Under the pieces are notes generated by a model. The model was given only the letters and a program-made list of their open reading frames with translations. It ran no database searches and had not been told where the DNA came from. From assembly GCA_016720775.1 (NCBI GenBank), contig JADKJX010000011.1, forward strand, positions 8,896 through 72,895: a stretch of DNA of 64,000 nucleotides, in the 5' to 3' direction. The stretch comes from Chitinophagaceae bacterium. GTDB lineage: Bacteria; Bacteroidota; Bacteroidia; Chitinophagales; Chitinophagaceae. The position numbers and the translations under genes were made by a program. Within the stretch, counting starts at the first letter, position 1. Every line of letters begins with the position of its first letter. Positions 29,397 to 41,301 of this stretch are shown here, piece after piece.

Positions 29397-30350
29397 TTAA
29401 TACAGTTTCTTTTTATTACTGCTGCGCTTGATGTATTCACCCCAGGTAAGGTTATCTTTTCCCTCTTTATGTTCCTGGGCTTTTTCAATAGCATAGGTAG
29501 CCGCTGTTTCAACAACCCAATCAAAGTTTTCCTGGCCAACACTCTTCACATCGGCATCGGGTGCGGGGTTACAGAAATCAATGGCATAGGGCACACCGTC
29601 TCTTAGTGCTAACTCTACGGTGTTGAAATCATAGCCCAGGTACCCACATATACGCAGCACAATATCTTCCATCTGCTTGTATCTTTCGGGGCTTGGTTTA
29701 AAATCGGCCACATAACGCAAATGATGCGGATTGCGTGGTTCATAAGGCATAATGCGTACATACTTTCCGCCGATGCAATAGCAGCGGTAGTATTCATCAA
29801 ATTTTATTTCTTCCTGCAGCATCATAACCAGTTGCTCCGTCTCAGCATGTTTCTCAAAAAATTCTTCAATGCTGTTGAGTTGGTAAACACTTTTCCATCC
29901 GCCGCCGGCAAATGGTTTCATGTAAGCCGGAAACCCGATGTAGTTGAATATGCCTTCCCAATCCATTGGATAGGCAAGGTTTGAAAACGATTCTTCACTG
30001 GTATCCGTTGGTAATTCTCTTGAAGGCAGGATCACCGTTTTAGGAACAGGCACATCTATCTTTGTAGCCAGGCAGTTATTAAAGAATTTTTCATCGGCGC
30101 TCCACCAAAAAGGATTGTTGATGACCGTTGTACCACATAATGCAGCATTCTTTAAGAATGCCCTGTAAAAAGGAACATCCTGCGATATCCTGTCAAAGAT
30201 CACCGCATAGCCTGAACTTTCACCTTGCATTACTTTATCAATGCGAACGGGTTCTGCCATAATGCCTTCTACCTTTTTACTGTTTACACGGGCTATAAAA
30301 GCTTCCGGAAAACTTCTTTCTTTTCCGAACAATACGCCTATTTTCTTCAT
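29397..30350 (-). CDS. ATP-grasp (RimK-like) ligase family protein
   Basis: VIFDRIS; VINNPFW...DEKF; VPKT.IL; FPAYMKP..GGGW; QE.I; VE.A.RDG.PYAID..NP.PD. Confidence 0.8.
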   Translation of the reverse strand: MKKIGVLFGKERSFPEAFIARVNSKKVEGIMAEPVRIDKVMQGESSGYAVIFDRISQDVPFYRAFLKNAALCGTTVINNPFWWSADEKFFNNCLATKIDVPVPKTVILPSRELPTDTSEESFSNLAYPMDWEGIFNYIGFPAYMKPFAGGGWKSVYQLNSIEEFFEKHAETEQLVMMLQEEIKFDEYYRCYCIGGKYVRIMPYEPRNPHHLRYVADFKPSPERYKQMEDIVLRICGYLGYDFNTVELALRDGVPYAIDFCNPAPDADVKSVGQENFDWVVETAATYAIEKAQEHKEGKDNLTWGEYIKRSSNKKKLY

Positions 30351-30524
30351 AAAAGCAGTTTTAAGTTTTTGTTTTTAGAGTCTGATATTTTAACCTGTTC
30401 AAATATATTTTTTCGGCGCCAATAAAACAAATTATGTTTAAACCGGTGATATCATGGCCAGGGAAGCGGCGAAACCTTCCTGGTTGTGCTGATTAATATC
30501 GGGTATTTCCTTATTTTTGGCGAT

Positions 30525-31358
30525 ATGTCAGCAGAAAAGACTGCCAGTATCCTGGTAAAAGAACACCTGATCCAATCTGTACATCTTAACCGAGAAGTAA
30601 TAGTTGACTTCTATGTTCCTGCACGTATTTCTGACGGTCATATTCCCGCACTCTTATTGATCAATGATGGCCAGGATCTTCGGACCATGAATTTTGAAGA
30701 GATATTGGAAGGGTTATATGAGGCGAATGCCCTTGAAGATGTTTTTTTTGCAGGCATTCATTGCGGCAAAGACAGGAAGAATGAATACGGCACAGCAAAC
30801 GTGCTGGACTACAAAGGCCGCGGTGCCCGTGCAAAACTCTATAACCGTTTTATATTTGAAGAGTTGCTGCCTTATATACGGAGAGCTTCAGCCATTCATT
30901 CGTTCAAGGAAAAAGCTTTTGCAGGCTTCTCGCTGGGTGGATTATGTGCCCTGGATATTGTTTGGAACCATCCGCAGGAGTTTACGAAAACCGGCATTTT
31001 CAGCGGGTCATTGTGGTGGCGGGATAAGGACCAGGAAGATGCAGATTTTGATGAGAATACCGACCGCATCATGCACCGGCAGGTGAGGGAGGAGCCGAAT
31101 CCTGCGCCCTGGCTGCAATTCTTTTTTGAAGTAGGTACACTGGATGAAGTAGCCGATAGAAATAATAACGGGATCATTGATTCCATCGATGATACCCTTA
31201 GCCTGATCGATGAACTTGTTAATAAAGGATATGATCGAAATAAGGCCATAAAATTCACCGAATTAAAAGATGGCAAACACGACGTGCCCACCTGGGCCAT
31301 GGCATTTCCCGAATTTTTAAAATGGGCATGGGGAAGAAGTGATAGGGAAGTCAGGTAA
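30525..31358 (+). CDS. Esterase, alpha/beta hydrolase fold
   Basis: LL.NDGQD; AGFSLGGL nucleophile elbow; FSGSLWW; G.HD. TATTTTTG promoter at 30512-30519 supports ATG 30525. Confidence 0.85.
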   Translation: MSAEKTASILVKEHLIQSVHLNREVIVDFYVPARISDGHIPALLLINDGQDLRTMNFEEILEGLYEANALEDVFFAGIHCGKDRKNEYGTANVLDYKGRGARAKLYNRFIFEELLPYIRRASAIHSFKEKAFAGFSLGGLCALDIVWNHPQEFTKTGIFSGSLWWRDKDQEDADFDENTDRIMHRQVREEPNPAPWLQFFFEVGTLDEVADRNNNGIIDSIDDTLSLIDELVNKGYDRNKAIKFTELKDGKHDVPTWAMAFPEFLKWAWGRSDREVR

Positions 31359-31369
31359 GTAAATAAAGT

Positions 31370-31402
31370 AAAAAGGCTATCCGGATAACGGATAGCCTTT
31401 TT
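31370..31402. terminator. Bidirectional terminator
   Basis: aaaaaggctatccg-gataa-cggatagccttttt between convergent genes. Confidence 0.85.
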
Positions 31403-31423
31403 TATGGAGTGTTTGTATGATGC

Positions 31424-34400
31424 TTAGAAGATCAAACGCAGACCTAGTTGCAGTGACCAGGTACTTGAAGTAGACGCACTCCTGATGAATGTTTTGTCAA
31501 CCAGTATCGGGTTTGATCCCGGAACTGCATCATTTGGCGTGTAAGTAGCCAGTTGATACCTTACTTCACCGGTAGTGGCATTTTTAGTGGCTCTCAGTGG
31601 ATTATTAACCACAAAGAAATCACGCAACCCCCAGTCTTTGTTTAGCATGTTCAGGAAGTTAACGCAATCAGCACTGAATTGAAGGGTAACTCTTCTTGAT
31701 CCTATATTGGTAAAGATATCCTGTAAGAACCTTCAGGTCAACGCGGTGGTAGAAAGGATAAATGGCGCCGTTTCTTTCAGCAACCTTTCCTTTGTGTCTT
31801 CTCAGGTATTTGTCCTGTTCAATAAAAGAAAAGAAAGCATCACTTTGTTGCTGTGCCGTATAGGTAACAGCATTAGAACCAGAACCAACGGTCAATGGAG
31901 TGAAAGTGATCTGTGAAGCATCTTTCGGTATATACATCAGGTCGGAGCTGTTCCCATCATAATTGATATCGGCTGTATTGCTGAAGCCGGTTGGGGCAGT
32001 ACCGCCTGCCGTACCATAGATATAGTTGAAACGGCCACCCTGTTGCTGGGAACCTTCATAGAAGATAGATATGGTTGTACCGAGGTGTTTGAGGAATTCT
32101 CTGTTGTAAGAGAAGGTGCCCACGATTCGGTGAGGAACTGCAAACAAGGAAGGGGCTAACTCCTTATCATTTTGAGTTCCGGAAGTCAGGTTACACTGCC
32201 AGGTTGAAGAAGCAGTTGAACCCGGGTTAGCCGTTACGTCCATTGCAGCACTGAATGTGTAGGCCAGCGATGCATAAAAACCTTTACTGAACGACTTAGA
32301 TACCTGTGCCGTATATGAGAAAGAACCACCGGCATTATTATTTTCCAGAACGATTGCATTGCTATAGGCATTATAAAGCCTGCGGGTAGAAGTGGATGTA
32401 TTGGCAAAACTTGGCCGGATAGAACCTCCCAGGTTTACCGTTGATGTGGGGGCGATCTGGTTAGCATTACGCATTACAGTAGCATTCAGGTCTTTGGTGT
32501 AAAGCATATCCATTGACAATGTCCAGCCTTTTCCAAATTTCCGGTCGAAGCCAACATTGGTTCTCCATACCTGCGGGAATTTGTATTTTGGATCGATGAG
32601 TACAAAACCGGCAGAGTTAGGAACCGGTGTAGGTGCAGTAAATAATGATGCCCATGCTGTTGGATTAGGGCTGAACGTGATCTGATTCAACTGTGCTGCA
32701 TTAGCCACCACACTAACCTGGTACATACCGCTGTTGGTAGGCATGTTGGTTAGGTATACAAATGGTATCCTTCCGGTAAATACACCCGAACCACCACGTA
32801 CGATCATGCTCTTATCGCCGTTCATATCCCAGCGTATGTCAAATCTTGGAGCCCAGTATATTCTTGATTTCGGCCACATGCCGGTAGTATAATTCGTTGG
32901 CTTGCCATACCTGTCGGGGAAGGTTAAGGGCTGCTGAATTGCCGGGTTCTCCAAAGGCTGTTCAATGGGTAGATCGGTTTATCAATACGTAAACCCAGTA
33001 TAAGTTTCAGGCGGGTGTAATATTTATTTCATCCTGCGCATAGATGCCCAGTTGGCCGATCTTCATTTCCGCAGAGTAAACAGCATCCTTTCCGGCTATC
33101 CTGGAGAAAGTATAAGAATAACCGATCGGATGAGAAGCAGGGTTCATGAATTCATCCAGGGAACCATATGCATAATAACTTTGCGTTGCAGGCATAAATT
33201 TATTACCTACATATTGGTATTCATAAGTACCGCCGATTGTTGCAGTATGTTTTCCTAATAGATATTGAAATTATCGGTAAAATTATAAATATTATTCTTC
33301 ACATCATTGTTATTCGAGAAATTCTCCTGTCCGGCACTCATATAATTCTGCTTGGCGCCACCGGCATAAGTTGACTGAACCCCACTCTTGGTCGGATCCC
33401 CATGATATCAATGAAAGGAAATACACCGCCGGGGGTAGAACGGGTTGTGCGGATCTTTGTACCGGTTGCAATGATCTGGTTGGAGAATCGGCCCTTCCAG
33501 TTACTGTTTAATTCGATCGCAGCCGTTCTTACCTGGTCGTGGAAACTATATTGAGAATTTGCAAACGACATGGCATTGGTTCCAAAACGTGCATTGGCTG
33601 TCCAGGTGTTTGGCCCGCCGCTGTTGGCTCCGTTCGGGGCACTGTTTGACATCAGCTTGTCATCGTCACCCACCATTTCGCTATACTTCAAGGTCAGTTT
33701 GTGGGTGGTATTGATATTCCAGTCGATCCGGCCGAGTATTTTATAGTTTTTGATCTGTGCATTTGGCAAACCATCCGCACTACCCGTCTCATATCCGTAT
33801 GTATTTTTCAGGTAATTAGAGAACTTAACGAGTGAATCGATCTTTACTTGCGAGATATTACCGCCAGTGCCGATACCGGAACCACCGGTTGGTCTGAAAG
33901 AGGTCAATGGTGGAGCTACTCTTTTTTCTATCTCACCGTTCACGAAAAAGAATAATTTATTCTTTATGATCGGGCCACCCACGCTTCCGCCATAAATGGT
34001 ACTTTTTTGATCTGGTTGTTTAGCAAGTTTCAGACCGGCTACATTAGTACCGATGAAACTCTGGTTGCGATAAAAACCATAAACCGTACCCTTAAACTTG
34101 TTCGTTCCGCTTTTTGTTACTGCTGCAATATTGGCACCGGTAAAATTTGATTGTCGTACATCGGCCGGTGCAATGTTCACACTCACTTCTTCAATGGCAT
34201 CCAGTGAGAAATGGGCTGGCTGTTTCCGCCGGGCAATGGATCAGGGCTTAAACCAAAGTTGTTGTTCAGGTTTGCACCATCAATCGTAAAGTTATTATAA
34301 CGGCCATCCCTTCCGGCAATGTTGTTTCCATTTGCCTGCGGAGTAAGACGGGTAAAATCCGTGATATTACGGTGATACGGAAGGCAGGGTAGCAATCATG

Positions 34401-34819
34401 CGTTGTCCCACATTTGTAGACGCACCCGTTCTTTGACTGGTAGCTTTTCCGCCTGAAACAACTACCTCGGTAAGGGTGGTAGCAGCAGGAACCATGGTGA
34501 GGTTTAAGTTATAGTTATCACCCAGTGTTAATGTGATGTCTTCAACATCCTGTTTTTTCATTCCTGTAAACTGGCAACTCAGGGTGTATGGGCCACCCGG
34601 ACGAAGGCCCGGCATGGTGAATGAACCGCTTTTATTACTCACGGTTGCATATTTGGTACCTGATGGAATGTGTATTGCAGTAATACTGGCGCCCGACAGG
34701 GCTTCTCCATTCGATTGCTTAACAATACCCGAAATGCTACTGGTGGTTACCTGTGCCTTCAGCAGAGCCGGAATGGCAAACAGGGCGATCAGTAAAGGTA
34801 AAATTTTCTTAATTCTCAT
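31424..34819 (-). pseudogene. Oar-like TonB-dependent receptor with carboxypeptidase-regulatory-like N-domain, fragmented by about 7 indels
   Basis: Signal peptide plus GT.Y...S...G.F...GLRPGGPY; NN.TIDGA..NN.FGL; FTGA.I.AVTKSGTN.F.G; FPQVWR.N; ends ..W..QLGLRLIF. Frame breaks near 34375, 34205, 33400, 33258, 33012, 32957 and 31731. Confidence 0.85.
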
Positions 34820-35070
34820 ATTAGTTTGGTTTTACGAAGGCAAAGAAAGCGAATAATTGCCGAATTCTGTTAACTTTTATTAACAAAATTAGGAGCAACA
34901 AAAACTTAATAATTGCTGCTTTTCAGGCTAAAATCATGGCATTTCAAACAACAGGCAACGCCCCTTCAAATCAAGCCGATAGGAGGATAAAAATCCTCCA
35001 AACTAATAATTACCAAAACCGGAAGTTGGGGTCTTGTATTCTGATTAACTTTGCCACCTAATTCAAACAT

Positions 35071-36276
35071 ATGTTAGACAGTATTGAAAGCGCCATAGAA
35101 GATATTAAGCAGGGAAAACTGGTTATTGTAGTAGATGATGAAGACAGGGAAAATGAGGGCGATTTTATTGCAGCAGCAAACAGCGTTACCCCCGAGATCA
35201 TAAATTTCATGAGCATGTACGGCCGGGGACTGATATGTGCACCCCTGACCGAAGAAAGATGCAATGAATTGCAACTGCAACCCATGGTTGTAAACAATAC
35301 CTCCTTGCATGAAACAGCTTTTACCGTAAGCATTGACCTGCTCGGCAATGGTTGTACAACCGGCATCTCAGCACAAGACCGTGCAAAGACCATCAAGGCC
35401 CTGGTGAACCCCGATACAAAACCCGAAGACCTGGGAAGGCCCGGGCATATTTTCCCCCTGCGGGCAAAAAAAGGAGGGGTGCTTCGCCGGTCGGGGCATA
35501 CCGAAGCTACCATTGATATGGCCAGGCTTGCCGGCTTTGAACCTGCGGGCGTATTGGTTGAGATAATGAATGAAGACGGCAGCATGGCCAGGCTGCCACA
35601 GCTTAAAGAGATCGCAAAGAAATTTAACCTGAAACTTATTTCCATCAAAGACCTGATAGAATACCGCCTGCGGCAGGAAACATTGATCAAAGAAGAAGTA
35701 AGGGTTCAGCTTCCTACCAAATACGGAACATTTGAACTGGTGGCTTTTGAACAACTGAACACCGGTGAAGTACACATGGCATTAAAGAAAGGCGATTGGA
35801 AAAAAGATGAACCGGTACTGGTAAGGGTACACAGCAGCTGCATGACGGGGGACATACTCGGGTCGCTTCGCTGCGACTGCGGAGATCAATTGCATCATGC
35901 CATGAAGATGATCGAAGCAGAAGGCAAGGGCCTGGTACTTTATATGAACCAGGAAGGAAGGGGCATTGGCCTTATAAATAAACTGAAAGCATACAAACTG
36001 CAGGAGCAGGGCATGGATACTGTTGAAGCTAATTTAGAACTGGGTTTTGATATGGATGAACGGGATTACGGCGTAGGCGCACAGATATTACGACACATGG
36101 GCATCAGCAAAATGAAACTGATAAGCAATAACCCACGCAAACGTGCCGGCCTGCTTGGCTATGGACTGGAAGTGGTGGAAAAAATTCCCATCGAAATAAA
36201 ATCAAATCCGCACAACGAAAAATACCTGGCCACAAAAAGAGATAAGCTGGGGCACGAGATATTGAACAAGCATTAA
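35071..36276 (+). CDS. ribBA: Bifunctional DHBP synthase / GTP cyclohydrolase II
   Basis: [12 protein letters not shown]; RPGHIFPL; GVL.R.GHTEA; VRVHS.C.TGD..GS.RCDCG.QL; [10 protein letters not shown]. Confidence 0.97.
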   Translation: MLDSIESAIEDIKQGKLVIVVDDEDRENEGDFIAAANSVTPEIINFMSMYGRGLICAPLTEERCNELQLQPMVVNNTSLHETAFTVSIDLLGNGCTTGISAQDRAKTIKALVNPDTKPEDLGRPGHIFPLRAKKGGVLRRSGHTEATIDMARLAGFEPAGVLVEIMNEDGSMARLPQLKEIAKKFNLKLISIKDLIEYRLRQETLIKEEVRVQLPTKYGTFELVAFEQLNTGEVHMALKKGDWKKDEPVLVRVHSSCMTGDILGSLRCDCGDQLHHAMKMIEAEGKGLVLYMNQEGRGIGLINKLKAYKLQEQGMDTVEANLELGFDMDERDYGVGAQILRHMGISKMKLISNNPRKRAGLLGYGLEVVEKIPIEIKSNPHNEKYLATKRDKLGHEILNKH

Positions 36277-36277
36277 T

Positions 36278-39200
36278 TTAGTGAGAGACCGGCGGTGCAT
36301 TTTCTTCCTGCACTTTTGCGGCTAAACGTTTCTTTCTCTTTTCTTCATTGGGGCCAAACAGTTCAGAGAATTTATCAAAATCACTTCTATAGGTAAGACT
36401 TATTCCCTGGCGGTTGCGCTGGCCGAATGTATAATCAATATTGGTTCGCCTGAACCCAACGATACGTAGTTTTCCGTCTTTACTTAATAACCACTCTGCC
36501 GTGAAATCCGGGGTGAGCAACAGGTTACTGTTGGTGAGGTAAGGATTATTGTAATCCAGGTTTCCTCCAAGAGAAATGATGAGCTTGCCGTTGAGATAGC
36601 TTTTGGTTATTCCGAATTTGGCAGCGCTCTGTAACTGCGAAACAGAATTTTTCAGATCAAGGCTCGGGTTTACATCAAAATACGTGCTGATGGTATTATC
36701 ATTAAGCGCCTTCTGCAAAAACTTGCTGAATGTGGTACTTAGTGCATTGGAAAGGATCTGGCCAATGGTATTGGCGGCAATGCCAAACGTGTTGTTGCTG
36801 GTTATAAAACTTTCGTTGCCGGAAGCAAAGGTATTCAGCAACAGTAAGGATGCCACCTGTTTAAGCTGTTCGTTCTTGTCATTCTTCAGGTCATCGAGTT
36901 TTTTCTCGGCTATAAAATCGGAAGGAAGTTTTTTGTCGAGTTCAAAATCAAAACTGATATCGGGCTTATTCAATACGCCCCGCAAATGCGCAATGATTGT
37001 AAGGTCTCCTTTCTGCCGGAGGGTAGGAGATATGTTCTGTAAGTTGATGTTGCTGGCGATGTATTCAGCATCAATATTGATCTGGGCTAAATAAGGGTCC
37101 CTGTTCCAGTTGATGGATGATCCTTTCCGGATGGTAAAGAATTTTTTGAGAACGGTTTGAAAATTATATGTGTATTCACCTTCCGTGATATTATAATTGC
37201 CGGTTATGGTAAGCGGCTCTTTTGTTCCCACCCGTATGTTCAGCAATCCATTTCCTTTTCCTTTTATTACATCACCCAATGTTTCATCCAGTATTACATC
37301 AACCTTGCAGGCCGGGTTTGCGGTAATATCCATGTTGATGAGCAGGTTGCTTTCTTTTTTTCGTGTAAACTCATCTTCCATTTTCTTTCCAAACGGCACG
37401 AATTGAATGTAATCAACGCCCCCGATCTCCTGGCTGCTGCCGGTAGGAATATAGATATGGCTGCTGTCTGTAACCGAAGGTTCACCGTTTATGTCCATCC
37501 GCATATCGGTAACCGGGCCGTCCAATGTCATTACGGCCTTACCGATCACTTTACCGTAAAATTGACTGTTGTCTCTTTTAGTAGTGTTCAGCAACAACAT
37601 TTTTTTTGTTTCAAAACGCAAATTGTCAAAACCAAAATCATCAAAGAAATTATGCTGAACCTTTCCCGAAACAGTGCCGGTATTATTCAACGTGTCTTTT
37701 AACTGCATGGTGCCCAGGTCAATTTCATCGGGATTAAAAATGATGGTCTCATTATCGAATTTGTATTTTACCTGGGTGTATTTAACTTTTAGTGAACCGC
37801 CGTTTACAGTTACGCTTCCGGTAACATATTTATGATCGCCGTCGCTTTTTACATGGAGGTCGCTTATGGCATTGCCTTGCATATCGCTGAAGATATTGTC
37901 CATGTACTTATCCAGTATGTTAATATCGAAACGTTCAGAGCCAAATGCAATATCCATATGGTTGTTGCCTGAATCTTTGTAGTTGATCTTTCCGTCGATA
38001 TTGAATTTAAACTTTTCATTATCTGCATATGCTTTAACCGTTACCTGACCCGTGGTTGTGTTCACTTCGCCGGTTGCATTTACGGTGCCGATCTTTTCAT
38101 TATCTAACCTGAAGTCGTCGGCTTTCAGGTCGTACTCAACTATTTGTTTGCCAAATGGGTCTTTCAGCTTCACGGTGCCGGTTAGTATTCCTTCCAGCCT
38201 TGGTTTGCTCATGAATAAAGGCGTAATATCATTGATGTTCACCTTCCTTAGTTTTGCAACCAGGTTTGTGTGGTCTGTAAGTTCATCAAGTTCTGTATCG
38301 ATCACAATTTCCTGCTCACCCTGTGTAAACCGAACATCCTTTGCTTCTACGTATGATCTTCTTAATGTGATCTCCCCGTCTTTTTCCAGTTTCCATTTTT
38401 TATCATTCAGGATAAAAGACGAAGGGAAGAAATGCACTTTTACGCCATCAGAAAGTGTTTGCACGCTGGCATTCAGTTTTGCCTCACTGAAAGTTTTACT
38501 TGCACTGGTTGTTAATTGTATGTTTGAAATATCATTCCTTGCATTCAGCACCAGCCTGGTGTTTGGCAAATGAAAGCTGTCGCTCAATCCCACATCACTT
38601 ACCGATATGGTTGCATTCAGGCTGTCGAGATTTCCCTTGCTTACGAGCTCTACATTTGAAAACTGTTTGCCATCATAACTGAATTCAGGCACCGAAGCGT
38701 TTACATTCATTTCATTCTGCGCCAGTTTAAGATTTCCTGAAAAAACAGAATTATTAAAACCACCCAGCTTTTTATCAAGCAGCCGCACATACTCATCCAC
38801 CTCCCTTGTTTTTATGTAGAAAGAAAAATCCTGGTCGCTTATATTTTTAGCCGGCTTTTCAATATAGGCAGGGTAGTAGCGGTTTAAAAATACTTTGAAG
38901 GCATCGGGCAGCTCCAGGATCTTGAAACTGCCCGTGAGGTTTCCTTCCAGTTCGTTCGTTTGAACCGTTAGCATCTTTTTATCATCAACGATCAGCGACC
39001 TGAGTATTAATGAATCAAAAGATAATTTGCTGGTATCGTGCCATAATTCGGCATTGTATACCTTAGCTGTACCCAGGAAATCATCGATGTTATTGCCGGC
39101 AAAATTGAGGTTTAAATTTCCGGCGAGCCTGAAATCCTGTTTTGTATAATGCAGTTGCTGCAGGTTTGCCTTTTGCAGGTCTGCATTAAAATTAAATTCT

Positions 39201-41098
39201 GTTTTATCGCCCAGCAAACTGATAGAACCGTTCAGGTTCGATATCTCCAGGTTGGGATCATCAATATCTAGCCGGCCATTGAAGAGGTTCTTTACAAAGG
39301 TCCCGTTCAATGTTATGTTCTGATACGTGTAGCCTGAAAAATCGAGCTGCTGCACCTTACCATTAAAATCTGCATTCAGGTCTTTCAGATTAAATCCCCT
39401 GCCCTTCACCTGCCCGTTGAATGCCACATTGCCCAGCCGGTTGTTGTTAAAGAACCTGCCGAGGTTGAATCCTCCGGAAGAAATTTTTCCCGAATAGGTA
39501 GGTACGTTCACATTGCGGAGCTTCATGTTTATATCGGCATTCACATTACCCAGGTTTGTGCTGATGCTTCCATACGCCACAAAATCCTTTATGAAGCCGG
39601 TGAAATTTCCCTTGAACCGGATGGCACTTAACTGGTTTAATTGTGGTTGCCTGATCGTTTTTAAATAAGGAACCAGTGTAACAAGATCCGTATAATTGGT
39701 ACGCAGGTCATCCGACTTAAAATCAATAAATGTATTTTCAATATCTGGCAATCCCCGTAACGTAATGCTGCCAGCAACAGAGGTATTGCCGCTTTTAATG
39801 TTCAGGTTTTTCCCCGAAAGATTGTCGATGGTTCCTTTCGCCTTGCCCTGGAAATATAAAATTCGGTTCCATGTTTTTAATTGCGGGGCAAAGTATGCAA
39901 TGTCATCGCTGTGGATATAACTGTTCTCAAAATTGCCTTCCAGCATGATGCTGTGGATGAAATTGCTCATGTCGGCATTGAAACTCTCATACCGCATCGC
40001 ATAATAATTCCCGATCCGGCTTTTGTCTGTTTTAATGTCCAGGCCGCTGAACTCCATCATGGAAGGAGTTACTTTCATTTTTGCAATAAGTTGTTTTACT
40101 TCAAAGCCGCTCTTTTCTTTTGTTGCCAGTTTTACATTTACTGAAATAGTGTCTTTTGCAAACAGCACATTGTCCAGGTCGCCGTTTATTTGGGCGAATT
40201 GCAAATGGAATCCGTCGAACTGGTCGGTATAAGGTGCCCGGGGTGTTTCTTTATCGTTGCTGAATGACCCGTTGGTAATGTGGATATTCTTTGCACTTAA
40301 TGTCCACCCTTCTTTATTCCATTGCAACTGGCCGGGCTCGGTGAGTGATGCAGAACTGGGTGGCGGAATACCTGTAACGGGTTTATTTCCCTGGTAATCG
40401 TAGAGCGAAAAAACAGGTTGATCAAGATCTACCTTATTGATCGTTATTATTTTTTTTGCAAGATCAAATTCATCTGCACTAAGCGTTAATTTTTTCAGCG
40501 AAGCTTTCATGTCCTGCCCAAACCATTTATCAATACTGTTGAATGAGATATTTTTCAGATCAAGCTCTTTCAGGTCTACCTGGAAACTTTTTTGTTTTGA
40601 ACCGCTGCTTTTTGGGGAAGAGAAATAATCAACCAGGAACTGGTAGTTCCATACCGAATCGGTACGGTTCAGGTTTATGACTGCATCGGAAAGTCCGATG
40701 TATTTTAAAACGGGTTTATCTTTTAAGAAGAACCAGTCGCTGATATTCACATTGAGCGAACCGGCATACAGCAGGGTGTCTTTCTTCCGGTCTTCCACCA
40801 ATACACCTTCTACCGTCATTCTGCTGAATAAGCTGAAATCCACATGGCGTACAGTAACGGTTGTTTTAAGGTTCTTTGAAAGGGTGGCAGATACTTTTGC
40901 AACCAGCCAGTTTTGTACCACGTTCAGGTGAAGAATGCCCCAGCCCGATAAAAGCAGGATGATGAAGATGAGAAAGAACCAGGTTTTATGCCTTAGTTTT
41001 TTGAACAGGAATACCCAGCCAACCACCCATGCCAGCACTAAAGCGGCAAATAACAATTTCGAGACAGGGTAGGTAAAAATGAAAATTATGATGAGCAC
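36278..41098 (-). CDS. Translocation/assembly module TamB domain protein
   Basis: 1606 aa, N-terminal TM anchor, taco-like beta repeats, C-terminal G..G.G.L...G.Y.I..G.Y...F.I..GS.I.W..DP. The 5' end may extend to about 41150 across an indel near 41103. Confidence 0.85.
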   Translation of the reverse strand: MLIIIFIFTYPVSKLLFAALVLAWVVGWVFLFKKLRHKTWFFLIFIILLLSGWGILHLNVVQNWLVAKVSATLSKNLKTTVTVRHVDFSLFSRMTVEGVLVEDRKKDTLLYAGSLNVNISDWFFLKDKPVLKYIGLSDAVINLNRTDSVWNYQFLVDYFSSPKSSGSKQKSFQVDLKELDLKNISFNSIDKWFGQDMKASLKKLTLSADEFDLAKKIITINKVDLDQPVFSLYDYQGNKPVTGIPPPSSASLTEPGQLQWNKEGWTLSAKNIHITNGSFSNDKETPRAPYTDQFDGFHLQFAQINGDLDNVLFAKDTISVNVKLATKEKSGFEVKQLIAKMKVTPSMMEFSGLDIKTDKSRIGNYYAMRYESFNADMSNFIHSIMLEGNFENSYIHSDDIAYFAPQLKTWNRILYFQGKAKGTIDNLSGKNLNIKSGNTSVAGSITLRGLPDIENTFIDFKSDDLRTNYTDLVTLVPYLKTIRQPQLNQLSAIRFKGNFTGFIKDFVAYGSISTNLGNVNADINMKLRNVNVPTYSGKISSGGFNLGRFFNNNRLGNVAFNGQVKGRGFNLKDLNADFNGKVQQLDFSGYTYQNITLNGTFVKNLFNGRLDIDDPNLEISNLNGSISLLGDKTEFNFNADLQKANLQQLHYTKQDFRLAGNLNLNFAGNNIDDFLGTAKVYNAELWHDTSKLSFDSLILRSLIVDDKKMLTVQTNELEGNLTGSFKILELPDAFKVFLNRYYPAYIEKPAKNISDQDFSFYIKTREVDEYVRLLDKKLGGFNNSVFSGNLKLAQNEMNVNASVPEFSYDGKQFSNVELVSKGNLDSLNATISVSDVGLSDSFHLPNTRLVLNARNDISNIQLTTSASKTFSEAKLNASVQTLSDGVKVHFFPSSFILNDKKWKLEKDGEITLRRSYVEAKDVRFTQGEQEIVIDTELDELTDHTNLVAKLRKVNINDITPLFMSKPRLEGILTGTVKLKDPFGKQIVEYDLKADDFRLDNEKIGTVNATGEVNTTTGQVTVKAYADNEKFKFNIDGKINYKDSGNNHMDIAFGSERFDINILDKYMDNIFSDMQGNAISDLHVKSDGDHKYVTGSVTVNGGSLKVKYTQVKYKFDNETIIFNPDEIDLGTMQLKDTLNNTGTVSGKVQHNFFDDFGFDNLRFETKKMLLLNTTKRDNSQFYGKVIGKAVMTLDGPVTDMRMDINGEPSVTDSSHIYIPTGSSQEIGGVDYIQFVPFGKKMEDEFTRKKESNLLINMDITANPACKVDVILDETLGDVIKGKGNGLLNIRVGTKEPLTITGNYNITEGEYTYNFQTVLKKFFTIRKGSSINWNRDPYLAQINIDAEYIASNINLQNISPTLRQKGDLTIIAHLRGVLNKPDISFDFELDKKLPSDFIAEKKLDDLKNDKNEQLKQVASLLLLNTFASGNESFITSNNTFGIAANTIGQILSNALSTTFSKFLQKALNDNTISTYFDVNPSLDLKNSVSQLQSAAKFGITKSYLNGKLIISLGGNLDYNNPYLTNSNLLLTPDFTAEWLLSKDGKLRIVGFRRTNIDYTFGQRNRQGISLTYRSDFDKFSELFGPNEEKRKKRLAAKVQEENAPPVSH

Positions 41099-41301
41099 CG
41101 CCCAGGCTACCAGCGAGAGAAAAAACCATTTTGATATGTTCAGGAACCTAGTCAGGGTGTATTATTATATGTAAAAGTAATTATTCGCCCTCTAAAGGCA
41201 AATTCGGTACCAAACTTTACCTTTATTTTAAAAGGGAATGAGGCCCAACCGGGGTTTGGTGAATGTAGGTATGAAAAGCAAAAGCAGGTTAACGGTAATC
41301 C

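Noticed and set aside
35058-35690. Long antisense and overlapping ORFs in the six-frame track (e.g. 35058-35690, 44136-44744, 48539-49201, 52904-53518, 63316-63789)
   Set aside because: They are shadows of well-supported genes on the opposite strand or frame, with no recognisable motifs.
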